A stretch of 64,000 nt of DNA from Sediminibacterium sp. (GTDB lineage: Bacteria > Bacteroidota > Bacteroidia > Chitinophagales > Chitinophagaceae), in the NCBI GenBank assembly GCA_036758845.1, contig DAIOVU010000009.1, forward strand, positions 10,166-74,165. The letters run 5' to 3'. Shown here in pieces: positions 1 through 11,233 of this stretch; position 1 is the stretch's first letter; each line of letters starts with the position of its first letter. The position numbers and the translations under genes were made by a program. The notes beneath the pieces are model-generated. The model was not told the DNA's origin, ran no database searches, and saw only the letters and a program-made list of their open reading frames with translations.

Positions 1-44
1 GGCTGGCAGCTTTTAAAAACAAATAGTGTTGATTGACCTTGCAT

Positions 45-1496
45 ATGGATAACAATTTTTACCAGGACGAATTTGAGCAGTTTTTACAGGATGAGGTAAA
101 ACAGCACCGGATGTATCCTTCTGACCATATCTGGAAGAACATCCGTACAGAAATTCATGGTAACAGAGCCTGGCCCGCACTCACTTTTATTTCTCTTTTT
201 ATCATCAGCGCTTTAACTGTTTCCACCTTACTTATTAATCACCCCGCCAAACTGGTGGCACATAACGGATCGGCCGCAGCTATCATTAAAAATACAGTTG
301 TACCTGGTAACAATACCACAGTTGCTGCCAGCACAGAAGATAATAACAGTTTTCAACAGATCACGCCTGAACAGATCACAGCCGAAACTTTTGCCGACCA
401 GAGCGAATACAATCCTGAACTGGAACTATCCATAGCAAGTACAGGTATCCATGATCACCAGGCTACACCAGTTAGAACCATGATTTCTGTTGACAGGTTA
501 TCTGTTTCAGACAATATCATTACCAAAGAAATACCTGTAACCGAGCATGCTGCTATACAAAACACTTTGGTTACAGCTTCTGATCTGGCGCAGGAAGATA
601 ATATCCTTTATGCTTCAAATACAGCAGAAACAACCGAAGCAGCGAAAGAAACCGCTAATATTACAAGCACCGATTCGCACCCTGTTGCCGATGATTTCTT
701 AAAAGATTTTGCACCGGTGGTTAATGTTACACCAAAGAAAAAGAATTCAAAATTCGGGTTCCAGTTTTACATAACACCTTCTACCAGCTATAGAAGATTG
801 TCTGATGAAAAAGTAAAGGAGATCATTCAACCGGCTGTTACTGCTGCCATGCCATCGCAGAACGTACCATTGAGCGCCAATTATACAGCAGGCATCAATG
901 ATGTGGTAAGGCATAAACCTGCTATGGGACTTGAACTTGGTTTTGCAGTTATGTACAACATGACCGACAGACTGAAATTTAAAACAGGGGTACAGTTGAA
1001 TGTGCGTCAATATTATATTGAAACATTCCAGACTGCTAATGACCTTGCTTCACTTTCACTGATCAATTACCGCGGTATTGAAACCATTAGTTTCTATACG
1101 CCTTATAATAATAATTCCGGCTATAAGCAAACAAGGCTCGACAACAAACTGTACCAGGTATCTGTTCCACTGGGCATTCAGTGGGACCTGATGCAGGGCA
1201 AACACCTGGGTATTAGCACAGAGGCTTCTATACAGCCTACCATGACATTGAATAATAATACGTATCTGATGTCTACCGATTACAAGCATTATGCTGATGG
1301 TAATGACTTCATCCGCAAATGGAATATCAATACCAGTCTTGGATTAAACATCACTTACAAAGCCGGATCTACCACCTGGCAGTTAGGCCCGCAGGTGAGA
1401 TACCAGCATTTGCCTACCTATTCAAACATTTATCCCATCAAAGAATACCTGATGGATTATGGTGTACGCTTCGGATTTACAAGGCAGATCAAATAA
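45..1496 (+). CDS. hypothetical membrane-anchored protein with C-terminal beta-barrel-like domain
   Basis: The track ORF 33..1496 starts at TTG, and the first ATG is at 45. A single hydrophobic helix (WPALTFISLFIISALTVSTLLI) follows a short cytoplasmic head. A Thr/Ala/Glu-rich linker comes next. The C-terminal ~250 aa has alternating aromatic/polar strands typical of Bacteroidota outer-membrane beta-barrel proteins. No specific family recognised. Confidence 0.5.
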   Translation: MDNNFYQDEFEQFLQDEVKQHRMYPSDHIWKNIRTEIHGNRAWPALTFISLFIISALTVSTLLINHPAKLVAHNGSAAAIIKNTVVPGNNTTVAASTEDNNSFQQITPEQITAETFADQSEYNPELELSIASTGIHDHQATPVRTMISVDRLSVSDNIITKEIPVTEHAAIQNTLVTASDLAQEDNILYASNTAETTEAAKETANITSTDSHPVADDFLKDFAPVVNVTPKKKNSKFGFQFYITPSTSYRRLSDEKVKEIIQPAVTAAMPSQNVPLSANYTAGINDVVRHKPAMGLELGFAVMYNMTDRLKFKTGVQLNVRQYYIETFQTANDLASLSLINYRGIETISFYTPYNNNSGYKQTRLDNKLYQVSVPLGIQWDLMQGKHLGISTEASIQPTMTLNNNTYLMSTDYKHYADGNDFIRKWNINTSLGLNITYKAGSTTWQLGPQVRYQHLPTYSNIYPIKEYLMDYGVRFGFTRQIK

Positions 1497-1516
1497 ATAA
1501 ATCATAAAAATGTATG

Positions 1517-1544
1517 AGCCGCTGAATTAAACATCTCAGCGGCT
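1517..1544 (+). terminator. rho-independent terminator-like hairpin
   Basis: Inverted repeat AGCCGCTGA / TCAGCGGCT with a 10-nt loop, followed by TTTATTATT. It lies about 20 nt after the stop of the 45..1496 ORF. Confidence 0.5.
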
Positions 1545-1576
1545 TTATTATTGCAATGATTGAATAATTTTATGCG

Positions 1577-2158
1577 ATGAAACAACTATCCGCTGTTCTG
1601 GTTATTATTATCATACTTTCTATGGCCTGCCAATCTAAACCGCCAAAAACAGGATCAGCATTATCCGGAACAGATACCGGTAAATTTTACCCGGTCAGTA
1701 ATTTTATTAAAGATCAGATCCGGTATGTTGATCTCAGAAACTTTACTATCTATAAGATCACAACCATTAACGGCAAAAGAGATTCTGCGGCCCTCACTAA
1801 AGATCAGTTCATTCAATGGGCCAGCCTGTTTCTTGATAAGGATATTTCATCGCCAAAAACTGCATCTCAATACAAAGAATCTGTTTTTAGCGACCTTAGT
1901 ACCGGCAGTGTAACTTTAAACTATACCCCTGTTAACAGGGAGGCAATTATCCAGAATATAGATGTATTGCTGTCGACAGAAACCAACCTGGTAAAACGTA
2001 TATTCATTAAAACAGTATTTGAAAGGGGCGATACGACAGTTACTGAACAATATAGCTGGAAGACCGATAAAAGTTTCCAGGTAAACCGATCGTTTACCAC
2101 TAAGAACGGGTACAACGCAACAGAATTGAATTATATTAACTGGAACGAAAAGCCTTAA
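1577..2158 (+). CDS. hypothetical lipoprotein
   Basis: 193-aa ORF with a signal peptide and a lipobox-like LSMAC (Cys at residue 18). No recognisable catalytic motif. Confidence 0.6.
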   Translation: MKQLSAVLVIIIILSMACQSKPPKTGSALSGTDTGKFYPVSNFIKDQIRYVDLRNFTIYKITTINGKRDSAALTKDQFIQWASLFLDKDISSPKTASQYKESVFSDLSTGSVTLNYTPVNREAIIQNIDVLLSTETNLVKRIFIKTVFERGDTTVTEQYSWKTDKSFQVNRSFTTKNGYNATELNYINWNEKP

Positions 2159-2172
2159 CAAAGGCAAGCATT

Positions 2173-3990
2173 ATGACGGCCAAGCAATTTCAGCAAATAG
2201 CACATACTATTCCTTTACAACCGGGCATCTATAAATATTATGATACCGGTGGTAAACTGTTGTATGTGGGCAAGGCAAAAGAATTACGGAAAAGGATAAG
2301 CTCTTATTTTTCAAAAACATTCACTACTTATAAAACGCATGAGCTTGTTCAGCGTATCCATCATATTGAATTTACCATTGTAGACTCTGAGCAGGATGCT
2401 TTCCTGCTCGAGAACTCGCTGATCAAAGAATACCAGCCCCGTTACAACATCAACCTGAAAGACGATAAGACCTATCCATATATCGTTATCAAAAAAGAGC
2501 CTTTCCCGCGTATTTTTCTTACCCGGAAAAAAATAAACGACGGATCAGAATACCTCGGTCCATTTACTTCGGCGGGTAAGGTGAGAGACCTGATCAGTTT
2601 CATCAAACAATATGTTCCGCTGAGAACCTGCAAGCTTAACCTTACTGAACAGAATATCCAAAAAGGCAAATTCAAGGTATGCCTCGAATACCATCTTGGC
2701 AACTGCAAGGCCCCCTGCGAAGCATTACAAACTGCTGCAGATTATGCTGAAGGCCTGCAACAGTTAAGAAATATCCTGAAAGGAAACCTTGGCTCAGTGA
2801 TCAATCATTTTAAAGCAGAGATGCAGGAGTACGCAAAGCAACTGCGGTTTGAGAAAGCAGATGAGATCAGAAAGAAAATTGAACACCTGGAAACTTACCA
2901 GTCAAGATCTGTTATTGTAAGCAGCCATCTCTCCAATATTGATGTGTTCTCCATCTCAAAAGAAGATAACCAGGCCTATGTAAATTACCTGATGGTGCAA
3001 AACGGAACCATCGTACAAACCCATACTGTTCCGCTTGAAACCAAACTGGAAGAAACAGAAGAAGAGGTGTTGAGCTTTGCCATAGCCAGCCTGCGCAGCG
3101 CTTTTAACAGCATGGCCAATGAAGTGATCGTACCATTCACTATCGATTACCCGGATAAACAAATCATCATCACCGTTCCCAAAGGCGGCGATAAAAAGAA
3201 ACTGCTGGACCTTTCTGTAAAAAATGTTTCTTATTTCAGAGAGGAGCTAAAGAAGAAAAAAATATTACGCCTGGAAGGAAAAACAGATATGGAAAAGAAG
3301 CAGGTCTTATACGAGTTGCAGAACTTTTTGCACCTGCCCGAGGTGCCTCTTCATATTGAATGTTTTGATAATTCCAATTTCCAGGGAAGCTTCCCGGTAT
3401 CGGCGATGGTTTGTTTTAAGGATGGCATACCCAGCAAAAATGATTACAGACATTTTAATGTAAAGACCGTTGAAGGCATCAACGATTTTGCTACCATGAC
3501 AGAAGTGGTGTACCGCAGGTATAAACGTCTTTTAGCGGAAGAACAGCCATTACCCAATCTTGTGATCATTGATGGCGGTAAAGGCCAGTTAGGCGCTGCG
3601 ATGGAAAGTATCAGGCAACTTGGTTTAGTGGGCAGGATGACGGTTGTAGGCTTGGCCAAAAATGAAGAGGAGATATTCTTTCCCGGCGACAGTGAATCAT
3701 TCAAATTACCATGGGACAGTGATAGCCTGAAACTTGTTCGCCGCGTAAGGGATGAAGTTCATAGATACGGAATTACCTTCCATCGCAATAAAAGATCAAA
3801 AGGAACGTTTAAAAATGAGCTCGAATTAATTACCGGCATTGGTGAGCAAACCGCCCAGCGGTTATTGAAAGAATACAAATCTGTTAAAAGGATTAAAGAT
3901 GTGCCGGAAGAGGATTTGGTGAAGCTGATAGGCGCATCAAAAACGAAGTTGTTACTGGATCACTTTCGTAAGGATACGGCCCTAAAATAA
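2173..3990 (+). CDS. uvrC: excinuclease ABC subunit C (UvrC)
   Basis: 605 aa. N-terminal GIY-YIG module (GIYKYYD...LLYVGKAKELRKRISSYF...YQPRYNINLKDDK). UVR-type helix (LRFEKADEIRKKIEHLE). C-terminal endonuclease region and helix-hairpin-helix pair (ITGIGEQTAQRLLKEYKSVKRI). Confidence 0.95.
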   Translation: MTAKQFQQIAHTIPLQPGIYKYYDTGGKLLYVGKAKELRKRISSYFSKTFTTYKTHELVQRIHHIEFTIVDSEQDAFLLENSLIKEYQPRYNINLKDDKTYPYIVIKKEPFPRIFLTRKKINDGSEYLGPFTSAGKVRDLISFIKQYVPLRTCKLNLTEQNIQKGKFKVCLEYHLGNCKAPCEALQTAADYAEGLQQLRNILKGNLGSVINHFKAEMQEYAKQLRFEKADEIRKKIEHLETYQSRSVIVSSHLSNIDVFSISKEDNQAYVNYLMVQNGTIVQTHTVPLETKLEETEEEVLSFAIASLRSAFNSMANEVIVPFTIDYPDKQIIITVPKGGDKKKLLDLSVKNVSYFREELKKKKILRLEGKTDMEKKQVLYELQNFLHLPEVPLHIECFDNSNFQGSFPVSAMVCFKDGIPSKNDYRHFNVKTVEGINDFATMTEVVYRRYKRLLAEEQPLPNLVIIDGGKGQLGAAMESIRQLGLVGRMTVVGLAKNEEEIFFPGDSESFKLPWDSDSLKLVRRVRDEVHRYGITFHRNKRSKGTFKNELELITGIGEQTAQRLLKEYKSVKRIKDVPEEDLVKLIGASKTKLLLDHFRKDTALK

Positions 3991-3993
3991 AAA

Positions 3994-4024
3994 GGGGCCA
4001 GGATAAAAATCCAGCCCCGTTTTA
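3994..4024 (+). terminator. rho-independent terminator after uvrC
   Basis: GGGGCCAGGA-loop-TCCAGCCCC stem followed by GTTTT, immediately after the uvrC stop. Confidence 0.6.
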
Positions 4025-4126
4025 AAATCCAATATCCTATGAAAAACCGTAACAAATTTACGGTTTGTAACGGATTATCCAAAAGTTCATGTCAATAAAT
4101 TCCTGCTACTTGTAGTTATTTCATAG

Positions 4127-4153
4127 AAAAAGAGGCCTTATAGGCCTCTTTTT
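4127..4153. terminator. bidirectional terminator hairpin between convergent uvrC and gldN
   Basis: AAAAAGAGGCC-TTATA-GGCCTCTTTTT. The stem is perfect and flanked by an A-run and a T-run, so it reads as a terminator on both strands. Confidence 0.6.
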
Positions 4154-4183
4154 ATGTATTTCACTGATTTTTTTAAGCGTATT

Positions 4184-5218
4184 TTAATACTGCCAGAGAT
4201 CCTGCTCGTAATTAAAGATTCGCTGTTTAATGTTTTCTCCTTCCAATAAACGGAATAAAGGGTCTTTGATCATGGCATTCAGGAATTTATCGCCAGGGTT
4301 ATTTGCACTGGTTTTGATAATATAACTGCTGAAATATCGGTACTCAAAAACCTCTTCCCATGTCATGCGACTCGAAAAATTCTTAGGGTTGTATACATCT
4401 GTTTTAGACAGTGTTTTGCGCAGATCAGGATAATAGATCCAGAATAAAATACGTGGCTGTGATTTGCCGCCGATTACCTGTTTGGCAATTGGTGCAATAC
4501 CAATAATTCTTGTAAACAAACGGCTGGCTTCTTTGTCGAAGATCAGCTGTTCTTTAATACGGAAAGTGTATACAGAATCAGAGCTGAATCTTGGTTTCTT
4601 GGTAATTACACGTTCAACAGTTCCTGTTACAGGATCGGCAACCTCTACCGTATCATAAGCGCCTGCGGTCATGTTCAAAACCTGGTCTGTTGTAAGCGGA
4701 GTTGTGAAACGATCATTGTCGGCAGAGAACGCAGTAACGCTGTCATTTTTGATCGCATTCAGCATTATAGAAAAGAAACGCTGATCGCCATTATCATCTT
4801 TACCTGAATACATGAAAGCCTGGTTCACTTTTTCTCTTGCATCTATTTCTCTCCACAGAAATTCGCTCCATAAATTATCGTCATCGCGCAGGTTCTCGTA
4901 TTCAAGCGGTTTCCTGTCTTTTACCTGGCTCCTGTCTACCGCAAAATTGTTACGCAATGCGATCTCTGGTTTTGCATCAAAGCCGCCGGGATTGGTTGTA
5001 TCGTATTTGACAGACATAGAGGTAGTAACCGGTGTTTTGGCCGGAGTACCTACAATCCCCATGGTATTATCCTTGGCTGTTTTATTAATTGTATCTGCTT
5101 TGGTAGCAGCGGCAGCCGCGGGTTTATTCGCAGTTGTTTTATACCGCGTTTGAGCCTGTACTGCAGAAACAGCCAGAACAAACAAACAGCTACTTATAAA
5201 AAACTTTTTCATACACAC
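4184..5218 (-). CDS. gldN: gliding motility / type IX secretion protein GldN (PorN family)
   Basis: 344-aa secreted protein (signal peptide ...AVSAVQA/Q). It is the last gene of a K-L-M-N ordered operon directly behind gldM (stop at 5221). Size and position match GldN. The call rests mainly on operon order. Confidence 0.8.
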   Translation of the reverse strand: MCMKKFFISSCLFVLAVSAVQAQTRYKTTANKPAAAAATKADTINKTAKDNTMGIVGTPAKTPVTTSMSVKYDTTNPGGFDAKPEIALRNNFAVDRSQVKDRKPLEYENLRDDDNLWSEFLWREIDAREKVNQAFMYSGKDDNGDQRFFSIMLNAIKNDSVTAFSADNDRFTTPLTTDQVLNMTAGAYDTVEVADPVTGTVERVITKKPRFSSDSVYTFRIKEQLIFDKEASRLFTRIIGIAPIAKQVIGGKSQPRILFWIYYPDLRKTLSKTDVYNPKNFSSRMTWEEVFEYRYFSSYIIKTSANNPGDKFLNAMIKDPLFRLLEGENIKQRIFNYEQDLWQY

Positions 5219-5220
5219 AT

Positions 5221-6783
5221 TTATTGAAGAGTAAATGAAATATTTTGATCCAATACCCTGGTTCCACCGGGGCCATTAACTTTGATCTCATCTATAACAA
5301 CGGTAGTACCAGGCTGGCAACGTTTTAACAAAGCCTGTGCTTCTCCGTTAAAATAAGCGCCTGTTACTTCGGCCAGTCCGATATTTTCCTGGAAGCCGGT
5401 TCCGGTACAATAGATCGTAAAGGAAACCACATCATATCTAACTCCTTCGAAAACAAAGTCTCTTAATTCTGCTGCCACACCTTTCTGCACCCTGAACACA
5501 TTGGCTGCAATGGGTCCACCTGCTTTACCGCCCACAGTAGCCAAAGGATTTGGCACACGCTTAATAGGTATGGTGATCTTTTGACTGGTTTTGCCATCTG
5601 TTGCTGTAACCACAGCACTTCCCAACTGGTCGCAGTTAACAATGTATTGGCCGGGACCTGCTTTACGGTTTCTAACACCCGCCCCTTCTACGTTCACACT
5701 CACTTTTTCATCCCCCCCACCACCGGTAATACTTAATGGGTTCTCCAATCCCTGGTAAAAAACCCTTGTTTTATCTGTAGATACCACCAGGCCTGATGGA
5801 ACACCAACCGTATATTTCACATCCTTATCAACCGTAGCAGTTGTACCATCTGGTTTTAAATAAGAGATACGAACTTTTTTGGTGAATACTCCTGACGAGC
5901 CTGCTGTCATTTTATATTCAGCAGAACCATCTTCTTTTAATGGAACTACCGCGCCATCAATTGTAACGGTAGGCTTGGCAGCTTTACTAAAAGCGCCAAT
6001 GCCCGCAGTGATCACTAATTGTTCGCCCGGCATCGCATATTGAGTGCTTGACTGGGCAAATGCAGAAAATGCATCGTAGATGATCTCTACTTCACCAATC
6101 TCTTTATGACAATATTCAACCACCTGTGCTTCACTGTTCCTGATATCATTCTGAAACTTACTCAGCATGGTAATACCTGCTACAGTTGGTGTCATATGAA
6201 AATAACCATAGGCCCAGTCTTCTTTAGTTTTTTCGTCCTTTGGTTCCGCATTTGTTTTTGGAACGCGTAGATCGAGTGGTAAAGTAGGGCCAATTTCTTT
6301 TGCCAGGGTTTCATCAATAGCCAGTAACTGGTCTTTAAAAGATTTCAGTTTATTATAAAGTTCTTTTCCTTTTGCTTTACCTGATGGAGGCGATTCAACC
6401 AGTAAACGGGTACCGGCGTCCAGATCATCTTCTCTAAAATCTTCTCTGCCGTCAACAATTTTCAGGTTCGATTCCTTTTTTAATTCCGCTTTTAAAGACT
6501 CGATATAATTATACAGTTCGTCTGCCAGTGATTTTGCTTTCTGGGCTTTAGGATACCATATCTCTGCTTTTTCTTTTGTTTTTGGGTCTTCTATTTTCTT
6601 CTGGAATGATTTAAAAATATCAGCATTCTTCTGTTCGGCAATTCCACTGGCTGTTGTCAAACTGCGGTCCACTGTTTTGAACGCATTCAGAATTTCAGAC
6701 GACACATTCAATGCCAGTAGTGCTGTTAGCACCAGGTACATAATGTTGATCATCTTCTGCCGCGGCTCCTTGGGTAATGACAT
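5221..6783 (-). CDS. gldM: gliding motility / T9SS protein GldM (PorM family)
   Basis: 520 aa. The characteristic N-terminus PRQKMINIMYLVLTALLALNVSSEILNAF (single TM helix) is followed by a long periplasmic region. It lies between gldL and gldN. Confidence 0.9.
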   Translation of the reverse strand: MSLPKEPRQKMINIMYLVLTALLALNVSSEILNAFKTVDRSLTTASGIAEQKNADIFKSFQKKIEDPKTKEKAEIWYPKAQKAKSLADELYNYIESLKAELKKESNLKIVDGREDFREDDLDAGTRLLVESPPSGKAKGKELYNKLKSFKDQLLAIDETLAKEIGPTLPLDLRVPKTNAEPKDEKTKEDWAYGYFHMTPTVAGITMLSKFQNDIRNSEAQVVEYCHKEIGEVEIIYDAFSAFAQSSTQYAMPGEQLVITAGIGAFSKAAKPTVTIDGAVVPLKEDGSAEYKMTAGSSGVFTKKVRISYLKPDGTTATVDKDVKYTVGVPSGLVVSTDKTRVFYQGLENPLSITGGGGDEKVSVNVEGAGVRNRKAGPGQYIVNCDQLGSAVVTATDGKTSQKITIPIKRVPNPLATVGGKAGGPIAANVFRVQKGVAAELRDFVFEGVRYDVVSFTIYCTGTGFQENIGLAEVTGAYFNGEAQALLKRCQPGTTVVIDEIKVNGPGGTRVLDQNISFTLQ

Positions 6784-6846
6784 TCTTACTTAGTTTTTGA
6801 TAGATACGGTTTTTACAAATTGATTTCTCAGGATAAACCACAGGCA

Positions 6847-7608
6847 CTATCTGCCCTGCATAGCAGTAAGCATATTACCATATAAATGGTTCAGCTTACC
6901 CAGGTTAGTGGCCAGTGCAGCGATCTGCTCTTTTGCTTTCAGCGCATCATCAGCAGCGCCAACCATAGCCGTAGAAGCCTGCGACAGTTTACCATAAAAC
7001 TGGTTCAGGGATTTCAGGTGGTTTTGGCCTTCCTGCAATTCCAATTCGTAAATCGTATTTAAAGAAGCAAGGTTTTTGTTTAATGACTGCATCTGCTCAT
7101 GAAAATGCCTGGCACTTTCTGTAGCGCCATGAAAACCGGCCAGCGAATGAGAAGCGTTGGTTACAGCATCTTTGATGCCGCCCAGAGCAACAGTAGCTTC
7201 TTTGGCTTTATTTGAAAAATCACTGGTAGATTTTACCACATCTCCAACCTCACCTATATTCTGAACAGTAGTGTTTAATTTTTGAAAACTCTCTCCCAGT
7301 TTAGCCAGGTTACCGGGTGTAATGTTGGCTTCCTGCATCATCATATCCATTGCTTTTAAAGCGGGATTAGCTTTTTCAGCTTTACCCGTCAGATGTACCT
7401 CATGGTCATCTATAGCCGGATAGATAAGATACAATACGCCATATCCAAGAAATATGATAGCTTCTACTGTTAAACCGATCTTTAACATTAAATCGGCAAT
7501 AGAGGTGTGCAATAATTTCTGTAATGCACCAAATATAACCACCGCAGCAGCTATAGATACAAATACATCAAACCATTTGGATACCTTAGGGGGAATATTT
7601 GCAGCCAT
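6847..7608 (-). CDS. gldL: gliding motility / T9SS protein GldL (PorL family)
   Basis: 253 aa. Two N-terminal TM helices (FDVFVSIAAAVVIFGALQKLLH; TVEAIIFLGYGVLYLIY) and a coiled-coil cytoplasmic tail. It lies between gldK and gldM. Confidence 0.85.
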   Translation of the reverse strand: MAANIPPKVSKWFDVFVSIAAAVVIFGALQKLLHTSIADLMLKIGLTVEAIIFLGYGVLYLIYPAIDDHEVHLTGKAEKANPALKAMDMMMQEANITPGNLAKLGESFQKLNTTVQNIGEVGDVVKSTSDFSNKAKEATVALGGIKDAVTNASHSLAGFHGATESARHFHEQMQSLNKNLASLNTIYELELQEGQNHLKSLNQFYGKLSQASTAMVGAADDALKAKEQIAALATNLGKLNHLYGNMLTAMQGR

Positions 7609-7708
7609 TTTCTAGTTTTTTATAGTGTTAGTTATTTAGAATAAACTCCGGTTTTTTTGATTCAGGAACCGGCATGCCTATTCGATGAATAATGGATTTT
7701 AAGATCGG

Positions 7709-8992
7709 TTATTTTTTCATTTTAGGAGCGAGGTCAATCACACAACGGAATCCGATATATGATTTTGCAGTATCCTGGTATTCGTAGTTACGTGTACTTA
7801 CCTGCAGGAAATAAGCTATGTCTTTCCAGCTACCACCTCTTACCACTTTTCTTTTCTCTCTTGGTCTGTCAGAATCTTTTGCTTCATACCTGATATCAGG
7901 GCTCATATCGGCCATAAAATTGTAAGCGCCTTCATAGAAATAAGAGCCTGTCCACTCAGACACGTTACCGGCCATATTAAATAAGCCATATTGGTTTGGC
8001 CAATAAGCGTTGGCGGGTACTGTATAAAAACCACCATCTTCAGCATAATTACCGCGACCGGGTTTAAAATTGGCTAATAAACAGCCTTTTTTGTTTCTCA
8101 GGTAAGGACTTCCCCATGGATACATAGAGTTGGTAAGACCTCCACGGGCAGCATATTCCCATTCAGCTTCGCTTGGCAAACGGTAATCACCATCTATAGC
8201 CATCTTTTTACTTTCCAGGTATGAGTTCTGAATATGTGTTCTCCAATGACAGAAAGCCACTGCCTGTTTCCAGTTAACACCTACTACCGGATAGTTTCCG
8301 TAAGAAGGGTGAGAGAAATACCTTTTGGTCATGGGTTCATTGTATGAATAAGAGAAATCCCTCATCCAAACCAATGTATCAGGGTAAACCTTCTGATCGC
8401 CCCTGCGTATAAAATTATTTCTTGGGATACCGGCATTTTCTCTTTTGGCCGCCGCTGCCAGGTCAAAATATTCAATCCTGTAAACGATCTTCTCAGGATC
8501 TATTTCAGGCTTGCCATAGATACGGTTATCAGGGGCAAGGTTCAGTTCGTTCAGTTTTTCAATTGTATTCCTGTCCCACTTAATAGTGGCCAGTTTTTTT
8601 CTATCCACTGCTGTGGTATCATCCGGTTTATTAATACCCTGTCCAAACAGGATCTTAAAAGCAAGCGAATCACGTGTCCAGTTCACAAACTGGCGATAGT
8701 CGTTATTGGTAATTTCTGTTGCATCCATCCAGAAACCGGGGATAGAAACCTGGCGGTTACGCGAGGTGTAATTGTAGCTGATATCCTCATCACTGGGTCC
8801 CATATGAAAGGTTCCCGGCGGGATATAGACCATGTTACGGGGGGGATTCATGCTTTTGTTAGCTGTGGGGGCCACACCATGTAACTGCCCGTCATCAGGC
8901 AATCCTTTAGACTTTGCATTTTTCTTCAAAAAGCATGATCCCAGGCTTAGACAAAAAGCGACCAAGATAATGTTACTTAAATAACCTCTCAT
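7709..8992 (-). CDS. gldK: gliding motility / T9SS lipoprotein GldK (PorK; FGE-sulfatase/SUMF1 fold)
   Basis: 427 aa with lipobox LSLGSC. It has a formylglycine-generating-enzyme-like domain (RLPSEAEWEYAARGG...NVSEWT...RGGSW...GFRCV). First gene of the gldKLMN operon. Confidence 0.9.
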   Translation of the reverse strand: MRGYLSNIILVAFCLSLGSCFLKKNAKSKGLPDDGQLHGVAPTANKSMNPPRNMVYIPPGTFHMGPSDEDISYNYTSRNRQVSIPGFWMDATEITNNDYRQFVNWTRDSLAFKILFGQGINKPDDTTAVDRKKLATIKWDRNTIEKLNELNLAPDNRIYGKPEIDPEKIVYRIEYFDLAAAAKRENAGIPRNNFIRRGDQKVYPDTLVWMRDFSYSYNEPMTKRYFSHPSYGNYPVVGVNWKQAVAFCHWRTHIQNSYLESKKMAIDGDYRLPSEAEWEYAARGGLTNSMYPWGSPYLRNKKGCLLANFKPGRGNYAEDGGFYTVPANAYWPNQYGLFNMAGNVSEWTGSYFYEGAYNFMADMSPDIRYEAKDSDRPREKRKVVRGGSWKDIAYFLQVSTRNYEYQDTAKSYIGFRCVIDLAPKMKK

Positions 8993-9178
8993 TATGAAAC
9001 TGATTTATGACAGTGACAAATATAAGTTTTACATCGGCAGTTGTGCCGATTTCGCAATTTTCTTGCTAATAATTTTAAAATAAGTTGGGTAAAATTGATC
9101 CAGAGTTGTAACTAGTTTAATTCTTTGAAAATGAGGCTCGAAGCCGCTGTCATGAAAAGCAAATTAGCGCATTCTTTG

Positions 9179-11233
9179 TTACATATTTGCTAAAAGCTCA
9201 TTTACGGTGAAAAAAGGTTTTTTGCAAGTATAATCTTTACATAGATAGATAATTGCACTACAGTCTTCAGGACATGATTTACCTGTTAATAACGGGAAAA
9301 AATCAGTTTTAGTTTCCTGTGCCTGAAGAATTTTATTGGGTATATACCTTTGAAGTATAGGACACAACAAATCCTTTGACCGCTGCCCAACCACGGCAAT
9401 TTCTAACATTCCCTTTGTTACTGATTGCATGGCCATAGCCCATACCCCGAATGAACCGGGATAACGGGTAATGGCCGTACCCATCGCCCTGAGCAGATCA
9501 TGGCACCGCTTAGCCCATTCGTTTTGATCAAAAACGATGGCCAGGTAAAGCAGATTATGAACCATTATGGCATTCCCACTGGGTACTGCCCCGTCGTATA
9601 CTTCTTTTTTCCGGAGGATTACGTCTAACTGATCCTTATGGGTGTAATAGAAGAATCCGGTATCTACCTCCTCGAAGTTCTCAATCACCCACTCAGTAAG
9701 GCCCCTTGCTTTCAGCAAATATTCGCCGGAGCCAGTAATTTCCTGTAAATGAATATAAGCCTGGATCAGGTACGCATAATCATCGAGGAATGAGGGTATG
9801 CGGGCCTGCCCGTTCTTATAAGTGTGCTGCCAATGTTCGTCATCCCCAGACAATTTCTCTTCCAGGAACGCCATATTCCGGGTGGCCATTGTACGGTAAG
9901 ATTCTTCGCCCAATGCAGCAAAGGCTTTGGCATAGGCTGTGTTCATCAAAGCATTCCATCCCAATAAGATCTTATCGTCCAGTTGCGGGCGGATTCTGCC
10001 GGCCCGGTGTTGCATCAGTTTATCCCTGCTTCTGGTCAGTTTTTCCTGCAGTTTCTCAACAGATAGATGGTTTTTATCCGCAAATACCTCAACCGGCTCT
10101 GTTACCCAAAGTATATTGGTATGCTCCCAGTTGCCCTTATCGGTTATATCGTAAAACGCACAAAACAAACTGGCATCATCTCCCAGGATATCGAATACTT
10201 CCTGTTTGGACCATGTATAAAATTTTCCCTCCACCCCTTCGCTATCGGCATCGAGGGCGCTGTAGAAGCCCCCTTCTTCGCTCAGCATTTCCCGCTCTAT
10301 AAAAGCCAGGGTGTGACGGATAGTATCTGCGTAACGGGGATTGGCCGTAAGCTGGTAAGCTTCAGACAGTACGGTAACCAGCAATGCATTATCGTACAGC
10401 ATTTTTTCAAAATGCGGTGCCAGCCATTCGTTATCAGTACTGTAACGGGCAAATCCGCCACCTAACTGATCGTAGATGCCGCCGTCAATCATTTTGTTGA
10501 GACTAAGCAAGGCCTGCTTCAAAGCATTTTCATCTTTTGTAAAATGGTAATGCCTGAGCAGGTATTGAATAGAAAATGTTTGCGGAAACTTAGGCGCTTT
10601 GCCAAATCCGCCCCATTGGGTATCGGCATTAGCCAGAAGGGTATTGCTGATAAGCTGCAATTGATCATCTGAAAAGAAATTCTCTTCCGCATCTGCACCC
10701 GGTTTGCCAATGCCAAAGCTGTTGGAGTTAAGCAGGTGGCCGGTCAGGTTTTCTGCCTGAGATACTATTTCTTCTTTTTTTTCTATGTAGCCTTTATAAA
10801 TCCCGGTAATCACTTCTTTCCAACTGGCCCGGTTATAGGCCCGCTCTGGTGGAAAATAAGTGCCGCCGAAAAAAGGTTTTGCATCGGGTGTTAAAAAAAC
10901 ATTGAGGGGCCAGCCACCACTGCCGGTCATAGCCTGTACGGCATCCATGTAAATATGATCCAGGTCGGGGCGTTCTTCTCTGTCTATTTTTATGTTGATG
11001 AAATATTCATTCATCAGCGCAGCAGTAGCTTCATCTTCAAAACTCTCTCTCTCCATTACATGGCACCAGTGGCAGGCCGCATAACCAATACTTACCAAAA
11101 TAGGTTTGTCTTCTTCTTTCGATCTTGCAAGCGCTTCTTCTCCCCATGGATACCAGTTTACCGGGTTATGGGCATGTTGCAGTAAATAAGGGCTGGTTTC
11201 GTTTATGAGATGATTGGTATGTTGGTGTATCAT
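9179..11233 (-). CDS. thioredoxin-domain protein, DUF255 / YyaL family (thioredoxin-like N-domain plus six-hairpin glycosidase-like domain)
   Basis: The track ORF runs to 11272, but the start at Met14 (11233) is more likely. N-terminus [55 protein letters not shown] is the DUF255 signature. Long alpha-helical C-terminal domain. Confidence 0.85.
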   Translation of the reverse strand: MIHQHTNHLINETSPYLLQHAHNPVNWYPWGEEALARSKEEDKPILVSIGYAACHWCHVMERESFEDEATAALMNEYFINIKIDREERPDLDHIYMDAVQAMTGSGGWPLNVFLTPDAKPFFGGTYFPPERAYNRASWKEVITGIYKGYIEKKEEIVSQAENLTGHLLNSNSFGIGKPGADAEENFFSDDQLQLISNTLLANADTQWGGFGKAPKFPQTFSIQYLLRHYHFTKDENALKQALLSLNKMIDGGIYDQLGGGFARYSTDNEWLAPHFEKMLYDNALLVTVLSEAYQLTANPRYADTIRHTLAFIEREMLSEEGGFYSALDADSEGVEGKFYTWSKQEVFDILGDDASLFCAFYDITDKGNWEHTNILWVTEPVEVFADKNHLSVEKLQEKLTRSRDKLMQHRAGRIRPQLDDKILLGWNALMNTAYAKAFAALGEESYRTMATRNMAFLEEKLSGDDEHWQHTYKNGQARIPSFLDDYAYLIQAYIHLQEITGSGEYLLKARGLTEWVIENFEEVDTGFFYYTHKDQLDVILRKKEVYDGAVPSGNAIMVHNLLYLAIVFDQNEWAKRCHDLLRAMGTAITRYPGSFGVWAMAMQSVTKGMLEIAVVGQRSKDLLCPILQRYIPNKILQAQETKTDFFPLLTGKSCPEDCSAIIYLCKDYTCKKPFFTVNELLANM

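Noticed and set aside
9790-10465. Several plus-strand ORFs (170, 71 and 132 aa) inside the DUF255 thioredoxin-domain gene
   Set aside because: They are antisense to a 680+ aa ORF with strong family signatures. Their translations are Pro/Arg/Cys-rich nonsense without motifs.
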